Shown here: one piece after another, positions 7,838 through 17,294 of the stretch
How positions within the stretch are numbered: the stretch's first letter is position 1
Layout: each line of letters starts with the position of its first letter
Assembly (NCBI GenBank): GCA_965237675.1
Contig: OZ250150.1
Coordinates: forward strand, 3,424,001-3,488,000
Direction of reading: 5' to 3'
DNA from: Candidatus Latescibacterota bacterium
Lineage (GTDB): Bacteria > Latescibacterota > UBA2968 > GCA-2709665
DNA length: 64,000 bases
Notes under the pieces: generated by a model
Database searches by the model: none
Seen by the model: only the letters and a program-made list of their open reading frames with translations
What the model was told of the DNA's origin: nothing
Program-made: the position numbers and the translations under genes

Positions 7838-10342
7838 TCAGTACTTGAAACGGTAACTGATCCACGGCAGAACCGGAAACAGGGTCACCTGTTTGGCCTG
7901 GTACTCCCTGGTATCCGTCTGGGAGTCACGGAAATCGTCGAAATAAATGAAATAGGGGTTCTTTCGATTGTATGCATTATAGGCCCCCACACGGAATCCG
8001 TGCCTGGACCAGTCGAAGTTGAACCCGAAATCAACCCGATGGTAGGCGGACATTCGGAAGCCGTTGCGGTCTTCGTAGATCCTGGTTTCATAGGGTAGCA
8101 CGCGGGGGGTCCAGAGTTCGTGTCCCCCTATCGATCCTCTGACGTACTCGTCATAGTAACGCGCGACGGGTATGGTAATCGCATTGCCGGTTCCGTACAC
8201 CCAGTTTAACGAGGCGTTCGTGATGCGCGTCAGCTGATGGGTCAGGACCAGCGCAATGTCGTGCCGGCGGTCGTAGCGAAAGGGAAATTCACGTCCCTCA
8301 TTCAGTTGGGCGAAACGGCGCCTGGTCCATGAAAGCGTATACCCGATCCAGCCCGTTGTGCGGCCGCGCTTTTTTTGTACGAACATTTCGACGCCGTAGG
8401 ACCGCCCACGCCCCGTTTCCACCTTGTCCTGCCAGTCCTGGTGTTCGCCGAACCCCGCCAGAAACGCCGCGCCTTCCCGGTACTCGATCAGGTCGGTCAT
8501 GGTCTTGTGATAGGCCTCCAGGCTGAATTCGTACTGTCCCTTTTTCAACGCGCCCGCCAGGCCGAGGCCGAACTGCCGCGACCCCTCGGGACGCGCGCGA
8601 TCGGTGGCCGGAAGCCACAGGTCGGTGGGGAGACCGATGGTGCTGTTGGAGAGCAGATGGATATACTGGCGCATCCGGGCATAGGACGCTTTAAGGGCCC
8701 ACCGCGGATTCAAAAGGAAACGTGTCGATACCCTGGGTTGCAAGGATCCGAAGCGCGAGCCGTCCAAAGTGAAGCCGGAGGCGTGCAGCCCCACGTTGGC
8801 CCTCAGCCGTTTGGATAGGCGGACGTCGTCCTCCACGTACAGTCCGAACTCCTGTGCGTCCGTCGCCTGGGCAGCGCCAAGTGTTGTATCCTCAGGGGCG
8901 CCGCTGGCGGGATTGAATCTGTACTGCGCCGCTCCGGGGCTATATGTGTGGTAGGTGCCGTTGCCGCCAAAGCGGATATAGTGGGCGGGATTGGGAATGT
9001 AGTCGAGATCCAGTTTAAGGCCGAAGTCCCGGATGCCGGAGTGGTAGCGCAGGCTGAGGGTCTCGGTCTCGTGGACGTCCTCGTCACGTGTCGTGGAGCG
9101 ATCGTCGATGTCCGAGGTAAGCTTATAGCGGCTGAAGATCGCGGTCAGATTGCCGAAGAGCCGGTTGCTGAAGAGGATGTTCCAGCGCAGCGTCGAAGTG
9201 AAGTTGCCCCAGCCGAAATCCGCGGACGTCGCCTCTTCGCTACGATAGTTGCCGGTGGTGTACTCGTTCTTAATGTCACTCCAGAAACGGTCGTCACCGC
9301 CGTACAGGCTCAGGAAAACACGATTTCGGGGCGACAGGATGTGGTTCACCTTGGCGTTGATATCGTAGAAAAAATAGCCACCCCGCTCGTTGGGATCCAG
9401 AAAGGGACGGATCAGCAGATCGATATACGTCCGCCGTGCCGAAACGATGAATGAGGTCCGGTCTTTGCGTATAGGCCCCTGCAGGGTCACCTGGGAAGCC
9501 ACAAGACCGATGGAGCCTTCGGCTTCGAACGTCTGCATGTTGCCGTCCTTCATGGCAACCTCCAGAACGGAGGAAAGGCGCCCGCCGAACCGCGCAGGAA
9601 ATCCGGCCTTTGTAAGTTGTACGTTCTTGACTGCGCTGGTGTTGAAGACAGAGAAAAAGCCGAAGAGGTGGGAGGCGTTGTAGACAGGGGCGTCGTCGAG
9701 CAGGATAAGGTTCTGATCCGGACCGCCGCCCCGAACGTAAAGGCCACTCATACCCTCGGCGCCGGACTGAACTCCGGGAAGAAGCTGCAGGGTCTTCATC
9801 AGGTCGACTTCGCCCATGAGGACCGGTGCGTTCTCGATCTGGCTTACGGGTACGTCGACAACGCCCATTCGAGTCTGGTCCTGGATCGGATCCAACCGCT
9901 CTGCCTCTACCTCAACCGTCTTCATTTCAAGGGGGAGGGGCTGGAGGGCGAGATCCATCCGAAGGTCGCGGTCCAGGCGGATTGCCAGGGTATCGCTACG
10001 AAACCCGATGTACGAAACCACAATTCGAAGCGAATCCGCCGGCAGGGTCAGACTGAAAAAACCGTAGCGATTGGTGATGGCGCCCTGGCGCAGTGTGGGT
10101 TCGTACAGGGCGGCGCCGATGAGCTTCTCGCCATTGGAGGCATCTTCGACGTACCCGCTGATCGTATATTCCGCGCGAGGTTGCGCATGGGCGTCGAAGG
10201 CTAAGCCCAGTAAGAGGATCGGTACACATCCGCGAAGAGACCGGAGAAACGTCCTGGCCGCGGAAAAAGCGGCAATATTCGCGGAAGCGTTAGGCACGAT
10301 CAAATTTGCAAGTAGAAATGTCTTCACGGTGGTTCGGTTCAC
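7838..10342 (-). CDS. TonB-dependent receptor with N-terminal CarboxypepD_reg-like domain
   Basis: TISGYVEDASNGEKLIGA domain, plug LQLLPGVQ..VRGGGPDQNLILLDDAPVYN, GFPARFGGRLSS, aromatic C-terminal strand. Confidence 0.92.
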   Translation of the reverse strand: MNRTTVKTFLLANLIVPNASANIAAFSAARTFLRSLRGCVPILLLGLAFDAHAQPRAEYTISGYVEDASNGEKLIGAALYEPTLRQGAITNRYGFFSLTLPADSLRIVVSYIGFRSDTLAIRLDRDLRMDLALQPLPLEMKTVEVEAERLDPIQDQTRMGVVDVPVSQIENAPVLMGEVDLMKTLQLLPGVQSGAEGMSGLYVRGGGPDQNLILLDDAPVYNASHLFGFFSVFNTSAVKNVQLTKAGFPARFGGRLSSVLEVAMKDGNMQTFEAEGSIGLVASQVTLQGPIRKDRTSFIVSARRTYIDLLIRPFLDPNERGGYFFYDINAKVNHILSPRNRVFLSLYGGDDRFWSDIKNEYTTGNYRSEEATSADFGWGNFTSTLRWNILFSNRLFGNLTAIFSRYKLTSDIDDRSTTRDEDVHETETLSLRYHSGIRDFGLKLDLDYIPNPAHYIRFGGNGTYHTYSPGAAQYRFNPASGAPEDTTLGAAQATDAQEFGLYVEDDVRLSKRLRANVGLHASGFTLDGSRFGSLQPRVSTRFLLNPRWALKASYARMRQYIHLLSNSTIGLPTDLWLPATDRARPEGSRQFGLGLAGALKKGQYEFSLEAYHKTMTDLIEYREGAAFLAGFGEHQDWQDKVETGRGRSYGVEMFVQKKRGRTTGWIGYTLSWTRRRFAQLNEGREFPFRYDRRHDIALVLTHQLTRITNASLNWVYGTGNAITIPVARYYDEYVRGSIGGHELWTPRVLPYETRIYEDRNGFRMSAYHRVDFGFNFDWSRHGFRVGAYNAYNRKNPYFIYFDDFRDSQTDTREYQAKQVTLFPVLPWISYRFKY

Positions 10343-10485
10343 TCAACTCGATGTGGATTAATGTTTCCCCCGTTATCTTGGAGGTGTCCAAAATTTTTCC
10401 CAGGAGCGGTGGAGGAGGCGTCTCTGTATTTGATACGCAACTTTGGGGAGTGGTTCCGGCGCATGGATGGAGAAAGGCGTTCGGC

Positions 10486-10917
10486 TCACCGTAAAGGCGA
10501 TGGCACAGGAATCAGTCGGAAACCGCGATTTTCCGCAGCCCGATAGGTCGAAAAGCCGCGGCGGTCAAGCGTGAGGATATCGAAGCAATCCAGGCGTTCG
10601 GCAAGAAACACAATGGTGGCGTCTGCGTAGTCCATCGGTCTATCCGCGTGTTTCTCCATCAGGATCGCGGCCGACCGCAAGGCTGCCGGCTGAGCGAAAT
10701 CAAATACCTGAATGCGGGCCGTTGTGACGAATTCTGACAGCAATCGGGGACCGGACCGGTTTCGCGCTAAAAAATGCATGGCTTCCGTGATGACCGCGGA
10801 CGTCGTACAGAGCTGTCCGGTAAAGCCGTCGAGCGCGTCTCCCACGTCATCGTGAGCCGGATCTGCGGCATTGAGATAAGCGACCAGGGGACCGGTGTCA
10901 AGAAGCCAGTACGTCAT
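10486..10917 (-). CDS. vapC: PIN-domain toxin (VapC family)
   Basis: LLDTGPLVA, VITEA, MDYADA, ILTLDRRGF acidic PIN motifs. Confidence 0.9.
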   Translation of the reverse strand: MTYWLLDTGPLVAYLNAADPAHDDVGDALDGFTGQLCTTSAVITEAMHFLARNRSGPRLLSEFVTTARIQVFDFAQPAALRSAAILMEKHADRPMDYADATIVFLAERLDCFDILTLDRRGFSTYRAAENRGFRLIPVPSPLR

Positions 10918-11147
10918 CGACGCCAGTTCCGTTCACGCAGATGCCTGCGCCACGGGTCTGAATCCGGATCGGAGAGTTCCAGACACCCCCTAAGGTGTCC
11001 GGCTCTTTCTGCCACCGGACTCTCGGATATGGCTTCTTCGAGAAGCCTGCGGACGAGTTCTGAGACCGTCAATCCCTGAACCTGGGCGCGCTTTTCCAGC
11101 GCCTCTCGCATGGACTGGTCCGTCCGTACTGTCAGTGTCGTATTCAT
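10914..11147 (-). CDS. RHH antitoxin (VapB-like)
   Basis: MNTTLTVRTD..REALEKRAQVQGLTVSELVRRLLEEAI ribbon-helix-helix; ATGA overlap with the toxin. Confidence 0.85.
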   Translation of the reverse strand: MNTTLTVRTDQSMREALEKRAQVQGLTVSELVRRLLEEAISESPVAERAGHLRGCLELSDPDSDPWRRHLRERNWRR

Positions 11148-11183
11148 GTAATACAATATAATACAATGTAATACAACGTGCAA
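11147..11183 (-). promoter_or_regulatory. Leaderless promoter with three 10-bp direct-repeat operator
   Basis: TTGCAC-N17-TATATT-N7-ATG; + strand repeats TGTAATACAA/TATAATACAA/TGTAATACAA at 11147-11176. Confidence 0.7.
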
Positions 11184-11293
11184 TCAAATATGCCGAAAAT
11201 GCCGGATTTTCATCCCGACAGTAAGGAAAGCCCGGATAAAGGGATCGTGGTCCGATCTGCAGGGCCGGGGGAGGTCTCAAACCTGCCCGCATC

Positions 11294-12301
11294 TCACACG
11301 TCCCACACCTGCTCGAACAGGCGCATCCAGTTGCCGCCAAGCAGTTTTTTGATCTCCCCGGCGTTGTAGCCCCGGTTTGCAAGCGCCTCGGCGACGTTCG
11401 GGAACTCCGACGGCGTCGCGATGCCCTTCGGTTGGAAGCTCAGGTCGGTGTAAGGAATCGAGCCGTCCGCGAACGTGGAAGGGAATTTGGTTCCCTGTTG
11501 GGATCCGAGATAGTGCCAGAATTCAAGGGGTTGGTCGTGCGTGGCGTCCGTGCCGATGGCGACGTGGTCGAGGCCGACCCGCTCGACCATATCGTCGATG
11601 GCGTCGACGAAGTCCTCCAACGTGGAATCGAACCCCCGGGGAAGGAAGTTCGCGAACGACGTGGCGCCCACGACACCGCCCTTCTCGGCGAGGCGTTTCA
11701 GCGCTTCATCCTCTTTGTTTCGCGGATGGTCACAGAAACTGCGGGCGTTGGCATGGGTAATGGCGACTGGCTGCTCGGACATTTCGATTGCGTCCAGCGT
11801 CGTCCTGGGACCCACGTGCGACAGATCGATGAGAATGCCCAGCCGGTTCATTTCGCGGACGGCATCGACGCCGAAATTACTGAGACCGGCGTCATTTCGT
11901 TCCCAGCAACCGCTGCCCAGCAGGTTTGTCTCGTGGTAGGTGAGTTGAATCACCCGTACACCGAGGGCAAGGAACAGGCCCAGCCGATCCAGTTCGTTTT
12001 CTATGGGTGACGCGTTCTGGAATCCGAGAATAACCCCGGTTTTCCCATGCTGCTTTGCCATGTGGATGTCGGATGTCGATTTCACCTGCAGGATGTCGTC
12101 GCGCTCCCGGAACCGCCGCATCCAGGCCGTGAGATGAGCCATCGTCTGAATGAAGTTCTCCCACGTGGACACGGTGGCGTTAATTGCCGTGAAATTGCCG
12201 GCGCGAAATTGCCGGAATACGCCATCGCTTTCCCAGTTGCAGATGGTTAACCCGTCGATCACAATTGCGTCGTCGTAGATTTCCCTCGGATGCCCTGCCA
12301 T
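11294..12301 (-). CDS. Membrane dipeptidase (peptidase M19 family)
   Basis: IVIDGL, GFQN, QLTY, DLSHVG, THAN, HPRNK, IGTD, LGGNWMR motifs; start set at 12301 (RBS-like AAGGGGG upstream). Confidence 0.88.
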   Translation of the reverse strand: MAGHPREIYDDAIVIDGLTICNWESDGVFRQFRAGNFTAINATVSTWENFIQTMAHLTAWMRRFRERDDILQVKSTSDIHMAKQHGKTGVILGFQNASPIENELDRLGLFLALGVRVIQLTYHETNLLGSGCWERNDAGLSNFGVDAVREMNRLGILIDLSHVGPRTTLDAIEMSEQPVAITHANARSFCDHPRNKEDEALKRLAEKGGVVGATSFANFLPRGFDSTLEDFVDAIDDMVERVGLDHVAIGTDATHDQPLEFWHYLGSQQGTKFPSTFADGSIPYTDLSFQPKGIATPSEFPNVAEALANRGYNAGEIKKLLGGNWMRLFEQVWDV

Positions 12302-12314
12302 CAGATCGACCCCC

Positions 12315-13445
12315 TTACTCGAAGCGTTTTCCAATCCTGAACAGATCGCCCAGCGGGTTCTCGCGGTCTTCTAGCGCATCGGCGATCACGGGACCGATGG
12401 CGCCGCCGAATTTGAATCCGTGGCCGCATCCGCAGCCCGCAATCAACACCCGCTTGTATCCCTGGGCCCAGTCGATGACGAACGCCTCGTCCGCCATATT
12501 GGCCATGTTGGTATACAGGCAGGACCGGCCACCAACCAGTTGTGCCGCACTCAGGCCGGGGATGCGATGGGCGACGAACTCCCGGGCCCATGCCAGAAAC
12601 TCGGGTGTGGGTTCACGCGGGACGTCGACCGCGGCGTCATCCCACTTGCTGTCTTCCGCCACCTTCACGAACCCCTCGTGCAGATATGGGAATCCGTACC
12701 ACAGGTTGCCGGGCGAGAGGATTGACCATACCGGGAAACGGGTGCGCTCGAACGGCGCCGGATCCTCGGGCGCGAAGAAAGCCATCTGCTGCCGCGTAAT
12801 GCGCACGCGTTTCTCCATGGCCGGCAGGAGTTCGGCCACCCACGGCCCGGCCGCCACGACGGCGCGGTCGCAGTCCTGCCATTCCGTGTCCGATCGGACC
12901 CTGGCGCCGGTTGGCGTCTCTTCCACCGCGGTGACGAGGGTGTTCTCGCGGATGGTCACGCCCGCGCTCCGCGCCAGCTCTGCCAGGTCCGCCAGCGCCT
13001 GGCCGCTGCGCAGGTAGCCTGCCCAGGGGTCGAAGAAAATCCGGTCCTGGTCGCTTACCGTGAACTGAGGAAATCGCTCGCGTGCCTGGCTGGCCGTGAG
13101 TTCATAGACGTCTTTGCCCATCCGGCTCAGTGTCTGCCAGCCCGCGTGGGCTTCGTGGTCCGATTCCAGGTCGCGCGCCACGATCAGCTTGCCGTGCTGG
13201 AAGTAAATCGACCGGCTCGTTCGGTTGTGCCACTCACGCCATTGCGCCGCGGCCCGCGTTACGAGTTCCACGTATGTCTCGTTCGGGTAGTTCGTGCGGC
13301 GGATCACCTTTGATACATCCGTGCTGGACGCCTCCGGGTTGGGGATTTCACCGCGTTCGATCAGCGTTACGCCGTGGCCCCGGTTGCGCAATTCCAGCGC
13401 CGCGGCCATGCCGAAGATTCCGGCGCCGACGATGCAGATATTCAT
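12315..13445 (-). CDS. FAD-dependent oxidoreductase, monomeric sarcosine oxidase/SolA family
   Basis: IVGAGIFG Rossmann motif, ASSTDVSKVIR, flavinylation Cys in SCLYT, GHGFKF. Confidence 0.85.
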   Translation of the reverse strand: MNICIVGAGIFGMAAALELRNRGHGVTLIERGEIPNPEASSTDVSKVIRRTNYPNETYVELVTRAAAQWREWHNRTSRSIYFQHGKLIVARDLESDHEAHAGWQTLSRMGKDVYELTASQARERFPQFTVSDQDRIFFDPWAGYLRSGQALADLAELARSAGVTIRENTLVTAVEETPTGARVRSDTEWQDCDRAVVAAGPWVAELLPAMEKRVRITRQQMAFFAPEDPAPFERTRFPVWSILSPGNLWYGFPYLHEGFVKVAEDSKWDDAAVDVPREPTPEFLAWAREFVAHRIPGLSAAQLVGGRSCLYTNMANMADEAFVIDWAQGYKRVLIAGCGCGHGFKFGGAIGPVIADALEDRENPLGDLFRIGKRFE

Positions 13446-13666
13446 GAAGCGCTCATAGGTGGAGGGTGATGTTTTTCGTGCGCCCACACAAGTAGGCTGC
13501 GATGCCGCAGCCCTCTTAACGCGAAGGCTCGGGGGCCGCAACTCACTCCAGACCAGTTGACGAGATTGCGTATGGATTGTTAATGGCCACGTTCGGGAGC
13601 ATCAGAAATGTAGCGAGGACAGGTTCAGGGACGATTCGCCCATCGCGATGCAGCACCGCTAATCGA

Positions 13667-14545
13667 TTACACATCCACGCCCGACCGCAGCAGCAAATCC
13701 GGTATCATGTCGGTAAACTCATCCTGTCCCCGGTCACCACCATCGCGGAACCGGACGATGAGGTCTCTGACCAGCGGACTGACCTCCAGCGGTACCCCGA
13801 GTTCTGACCCAAGCTCAACCCCCAGACCCATATCCTTCACCGCCAGATCAGTGGTTGAGCCCATTTGACCGCTGTTCAAGAACAGCGAGAGGGTGCGTTC
13901 AAACATCCTGCTTTGCCCCATACTCGCCTTAACCGCATCCAGCAACAGTTGCAGATCGATCCCGGCCTTGGCACTTATCGCCACGCCCTCGCACACACCG
14001 ATGAAGTTGACGAACATCATCAGGTTGTTGATCAGCTTGATCACATTCCCGGATCCGGCGGGTCCCATGTGGACGATCTTGTTGCCGATAGTCTCCAACA
14101 CCGGCTGCACCCGCTCCAGATCCTCCGCATCACCACCCACAAATAGGGTGAGCGTAGCATCCTGCGCGCCAAAGATGCCACCGCTGACCGGCGCGTCGAG
14201 CACGTGCAAGCCCCGTTCCGCTCCGCGCGCGAAAATGCGGCGCATCGCCGACGGTGCGATGGTGCTGGTGTCGACGTAGGTCGATCCCTCCGCCAGACCA
14301 GCAAACACCCCGTCGTCACCCAACACTACCTGCTCGACCGCCTCGGTGCTGGGCAAGGAGGATAACACCACTTCGGATCGAACCGCCACCGCCTTCGCGT
14401 TTTCAGCCCAGGTCGCGCCCGCCGCCTCGAGGTCGTGGCCAGTCTGACGCCGGGTATCATGGATGGTCAAGGGGTGCCCGGCATCCAGGATATTGGCCGC
14501 CATCGGCTGCCCCATCTTACCCAGACCAATGAACCCGACTCTCAT
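13667..14545 (-). CDS. NAD(P)-dependent beta-hydroxyacid dehydrogenase (3-hydroxyisobutyrate/tartronate semialdehyde reductase family)
   Basis: GFIGLGKMG, LDAPVSGG, KLINN, KDMGLG. Confidence 0.9.
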   Translation of the reverse strand: MRVGFIGLGKMGQPMAANILDAGHPLTIHDTRRQTGHDLEAAGATWAENAKAVAVRSEVVLSSLPSTEAVEQVVLGDDGVFAGLAEGSTYVDTSTIAPSAMRRIFARGAERGLHVLDAPVSGGIFGAQDATLTLFVGGDAEDLERVQPVLETIGNKIVHMGPAGSGNVIKLINNLMMFVNFIGVCEGVAISAKAGIDLQLLLDAVKASMGQSRMFERTLSLFLNSGQMGSTTDLAVKDMGLGVELGSELGVPLEVSPLVRDLIVRFRDGGDRGQDEFTDMIPDLLLRSGVDV

Positions 14546-14553
14546 GTGAATCC

Positions 14554-14943
14554 CTAGCGCTGTTCTTCATGGGTGTCAAATTCGGCCGGCATGGTGATTT
14601 CGATCACTTCCCAATCATCGGAGTATTCGAGAACTTCATGCCTGATACCGGGTGGCTGATACCACGCGTCACCCGCTTCGACCCGAATCTCGCCGATGTC
14701 CTCGAAGTAGAGGCGGGCCCACCCGTTGATCAGATAGACCATCTGAAAATCCAGATCGTGTGAGTGATAGCCCAACGGTCCGGTACATGGTTGCCGGGCG
14801 CGGATGATGTGGGCCAGAACTCTCGCCTCCGTGGCGTCCTTGATACCCAGATCCCGATAGGAAAAATAGGGACGCAACCCCTCCTGCCTCCAGAGGGCAT
14901 CTTTGGCGTGTGCGGCGAACGACTTGACCTTTTTCTCAGACAT
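14554..14943 (-). CDS. Cupin-domain protein
   Basis: YHSHDLDFQMVYLINGW and GDAWYQPPGIRHEV cupin motifs; RBS GGAGG. Confidence 0.85.
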   Translation of the reverse strand: MSEKKVKSFAAHAKDALWRQEGLRPYFSYRDLGIKDATEARVLAHIIRARQPCTGPLGYHSHDLDFQMVYLINGWARLYFEDIGEIRVEAGDAWYQPPGIRHEVLEYSDDWEVIEITMPAEFDTHEEQR

Positions 14944-15081
14944 AGTACACCTCCTGTGTTGCAGGGGATGCCAATGGTTGATGGCGGGACAAACTCATCG
15001 GCGGACCGGCCGAAAGATTGCCTATTAATTGTGCGCCAAACCCGCTCGGTGTGCAAGTCATTTCTACGAGTGGCGCCGGTA

Positions 15082-15373
15082 ATGTAGGCGTATATGAAGT
15101 CGGAGATGCCCTGTCTCGGGGTGCAGGCGCCTGCGCTGCGAGCGGTCTGCCGAGAGGTCTTTGGCGCACATCCGCTGGAGACATACAGGCGATGGCGCGA
15201 CGCCGTATTGGCGATCTGGAGACGCGCGGACTACCGCGAAGAGCGTTACGCGGCAATCCGACCTGTCTGGTTACCGGCAGTGTCGCGAATTCCAGACCTT
15301 GGAAAACCTCCCATGTTACGAGGAGATGGTGACCGACGGTGCGTGGTGGGACTATGTCGACGCTGTGCCGTGA
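15082..15373 (+). pseudogene. DNA alkylation repair protein (AlkD-like) remnant
   Basis: M*AYMKSEMPCLGV...YREERYAAI then +1 shift to DLSGYRQ...GAWWDYVDAV; in-frame TAG at 15085, extra C at ~15259, truncated on both sides. Confidence 0.75.
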
Positions 15374-15490
15374 ACGCCCGATCCGCTGACATCATCAGGG
15401 GACAACGCATCGAGGTGCTTGTGAAGAACGTTACCGCCGCCATGCTCTACGATGTCGTCCAGTACCCGCACAGGTCCGGCCGAGTTTCAG

Positions 15491-16277
15491 TCAGGCCGAG
15501 GCGCCGGAGTAGTGGCGGAGCCCCCACCGCCAGAACAACCGCGAGGCGATCAGCATTCCGGCAGCCACGAGGACCGCAGCCGTCAATGACTCCGTATCGA
15601 GCCGGCCGGTCAATGCCCGGGCGGGGACCGTGATCGCGAACGCAACCGGAACGATAAACGTAAGGACAAAACGCAGCCAGTGGGGATAGATACCGATGGG
15701 CCAGCGGCCGGCCTGGACCATCGTGTCGAAGATATTGAGGATATTTTCGACCTTTATATACCAGAATGAGATGGTTGACAGGATCAGGAAAAAGCTGTAG
15801 ATCGTGGCCGCGCCGCACAGAAGGGCCAGGCCGAAGGTGACTGCGTCCACGGCGCCGACATCCACGCCCCTCTTGAAAAGTGCATACGACAGCACAATCC
15901 CGCCAAGGGCGAAATCCGTGACTTTCCAGATGCGAAACTGGCTGATACTGATCAGAAACTGCGCATCCTCGGGCTTCGTGAGGGTATAGTCGAGCGTTCC
16001 CCGACGGACGTCCGTCATCAATTGCGCCCATACTGGGCCGGATGACGATAGAGATCGCCCCTCCTATAATGATGAACACACCGATCAGGGCGAGCAGATC
16101 GGAGGATCTCCAGTCGCCCAGTGTTTCGGTGTGCAGAAAGACGACGTAGACGCCAAGAAGCGCCTGTACAAGATTCACCATGGACTGAAGGATCTGGACG
16201 TAGAAGTTGACGCGATAGGCGAGTTCGTTGAGAATGCCTATCTTCAGAAAGGTCCATATCACAATCAGTTTGTGCAC
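15491..16277 (-). pseudogene. ABC-2 family permease with a single +1 frameshift (or a sequencing error)
   Basis: N-half (ELAYRVNF) and C-half (DVRRGTLDYTLTKP, RWPIGIYP) join into one ORF if one G is removed from ATGGGCG (+ strand CCC at 16027-16029). Confidence 0.8.
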
Positions 16278-16305
16278 AGGCGTAGACCCCGCACCGAAGC
16301 CGTTC

Positions 16306-17100
16306 TCAGGATCCCACCGCGGAGTATTTCTTGATGCCCCGGTACCAGACGAGTTTGACGATGCCGAATCCGATGATAACCCACACGACTTGCATCAGGA
16401 AACCGTGTGAGATTTGCGTGTGGGTGAGCCTTCCAAGGAAAAGCTCCACGGGAAAGGCGACGGACCATTTGAACGGGAGCGCGTCGGCGATCGCGCGGGC
16501 CCAACCCGGCAGCAGGTCCAGTGGGGCGATCCGGCCCGAGAGGAACAGGCCGAATAGGAAGTATATCTGATTGACTGCGTCGTTCCGCGTTGTCCAGAAG
16601 GCGACCAGTGAAAGGGACCACTCAATGAAAAATCTGAGGAGATACGCCAGAATCAGCGAGAACAGGAAGAGCAGTACACTTGTTAAATCGATGTCAAACG
16701 TGGGATTGAACAGGAGGCAGAGCACAGTCGCGGACGGGATCAACACGAACAGCGTCAGGGTTTTGTAGCCGATGTTGTCTGCAATGTCGCTGTGGATGGG
16801 ATGAATCGGCTTCAGGAGCATCGCGGACAGTTCGCCGTGCTGCACGCGATAGCCCATCTCGTGCATGATCCAGGTGAACGTCCACATATTAACGACCATC
16901 AGGACGATGTAATACGCGGCGAACCCACCCGCATCGTAGCCGGCCACTTCTCCGCCGCGGGCTAACGCGACGGTTGACCAGACGACACAATAGATCGTCG
17001 GCTCAAGCAGCCCGCCGATCATCCAGATCGCCATGGCGACGCGATATTGAAACTGAAGCGCTAGTGTGGTTTTCAGGTATGCCCAGTAGATCGACAGCAT
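16306..17100 (-). CDS. ABC-2 family permease
   Basis: QYRVA, GELSAMLLKP, LSGRIAPLDLLP, LPF..FPVE, YSAVGS; six TM segments. Confidence 0.88.
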   Translation of the reverse strand: MLSIYWAYLKTTLALQFQYRVAMAIWMIGGLLEPTIYCVVWSTVALARGGEVAGYDAGGFAAYYIVLMVVNMWTFTWIMHEMGYRVQHGELSAMLLKPIHPIHSDIADNIGYKTLTLFVLIPSATVLCLLFNPTFDIDLTSVLLFLFSLILAYLLRFFIEWSLSLVAFWTTRNDAVNQIYFLFGLFLSGRIAPLDLLPGWARAIADALPFKWSVAFPVELFLGRLTHTQISHGFLMQVVWVIIGFGIVKLVWYRGIKKYSAVGS

Positions 17101-17294
17101 AGGCGTTTATGGTGGATGCGGGTTCTTCCGATACTCATCAGATGCCGCCCGGGCAAAAACCGGGAGTCTCTAAGCTCAGGGACAAGAGAGCGTGGAACAG
17201 GGGGGCGGCGCGGAGGCGTGCTGGACGGCGTCGTCGAGGCGGCCGGTTCCATATCTTAGATAACTGGTGCGGTTATCGGCTTCTGTGTTGCGCC

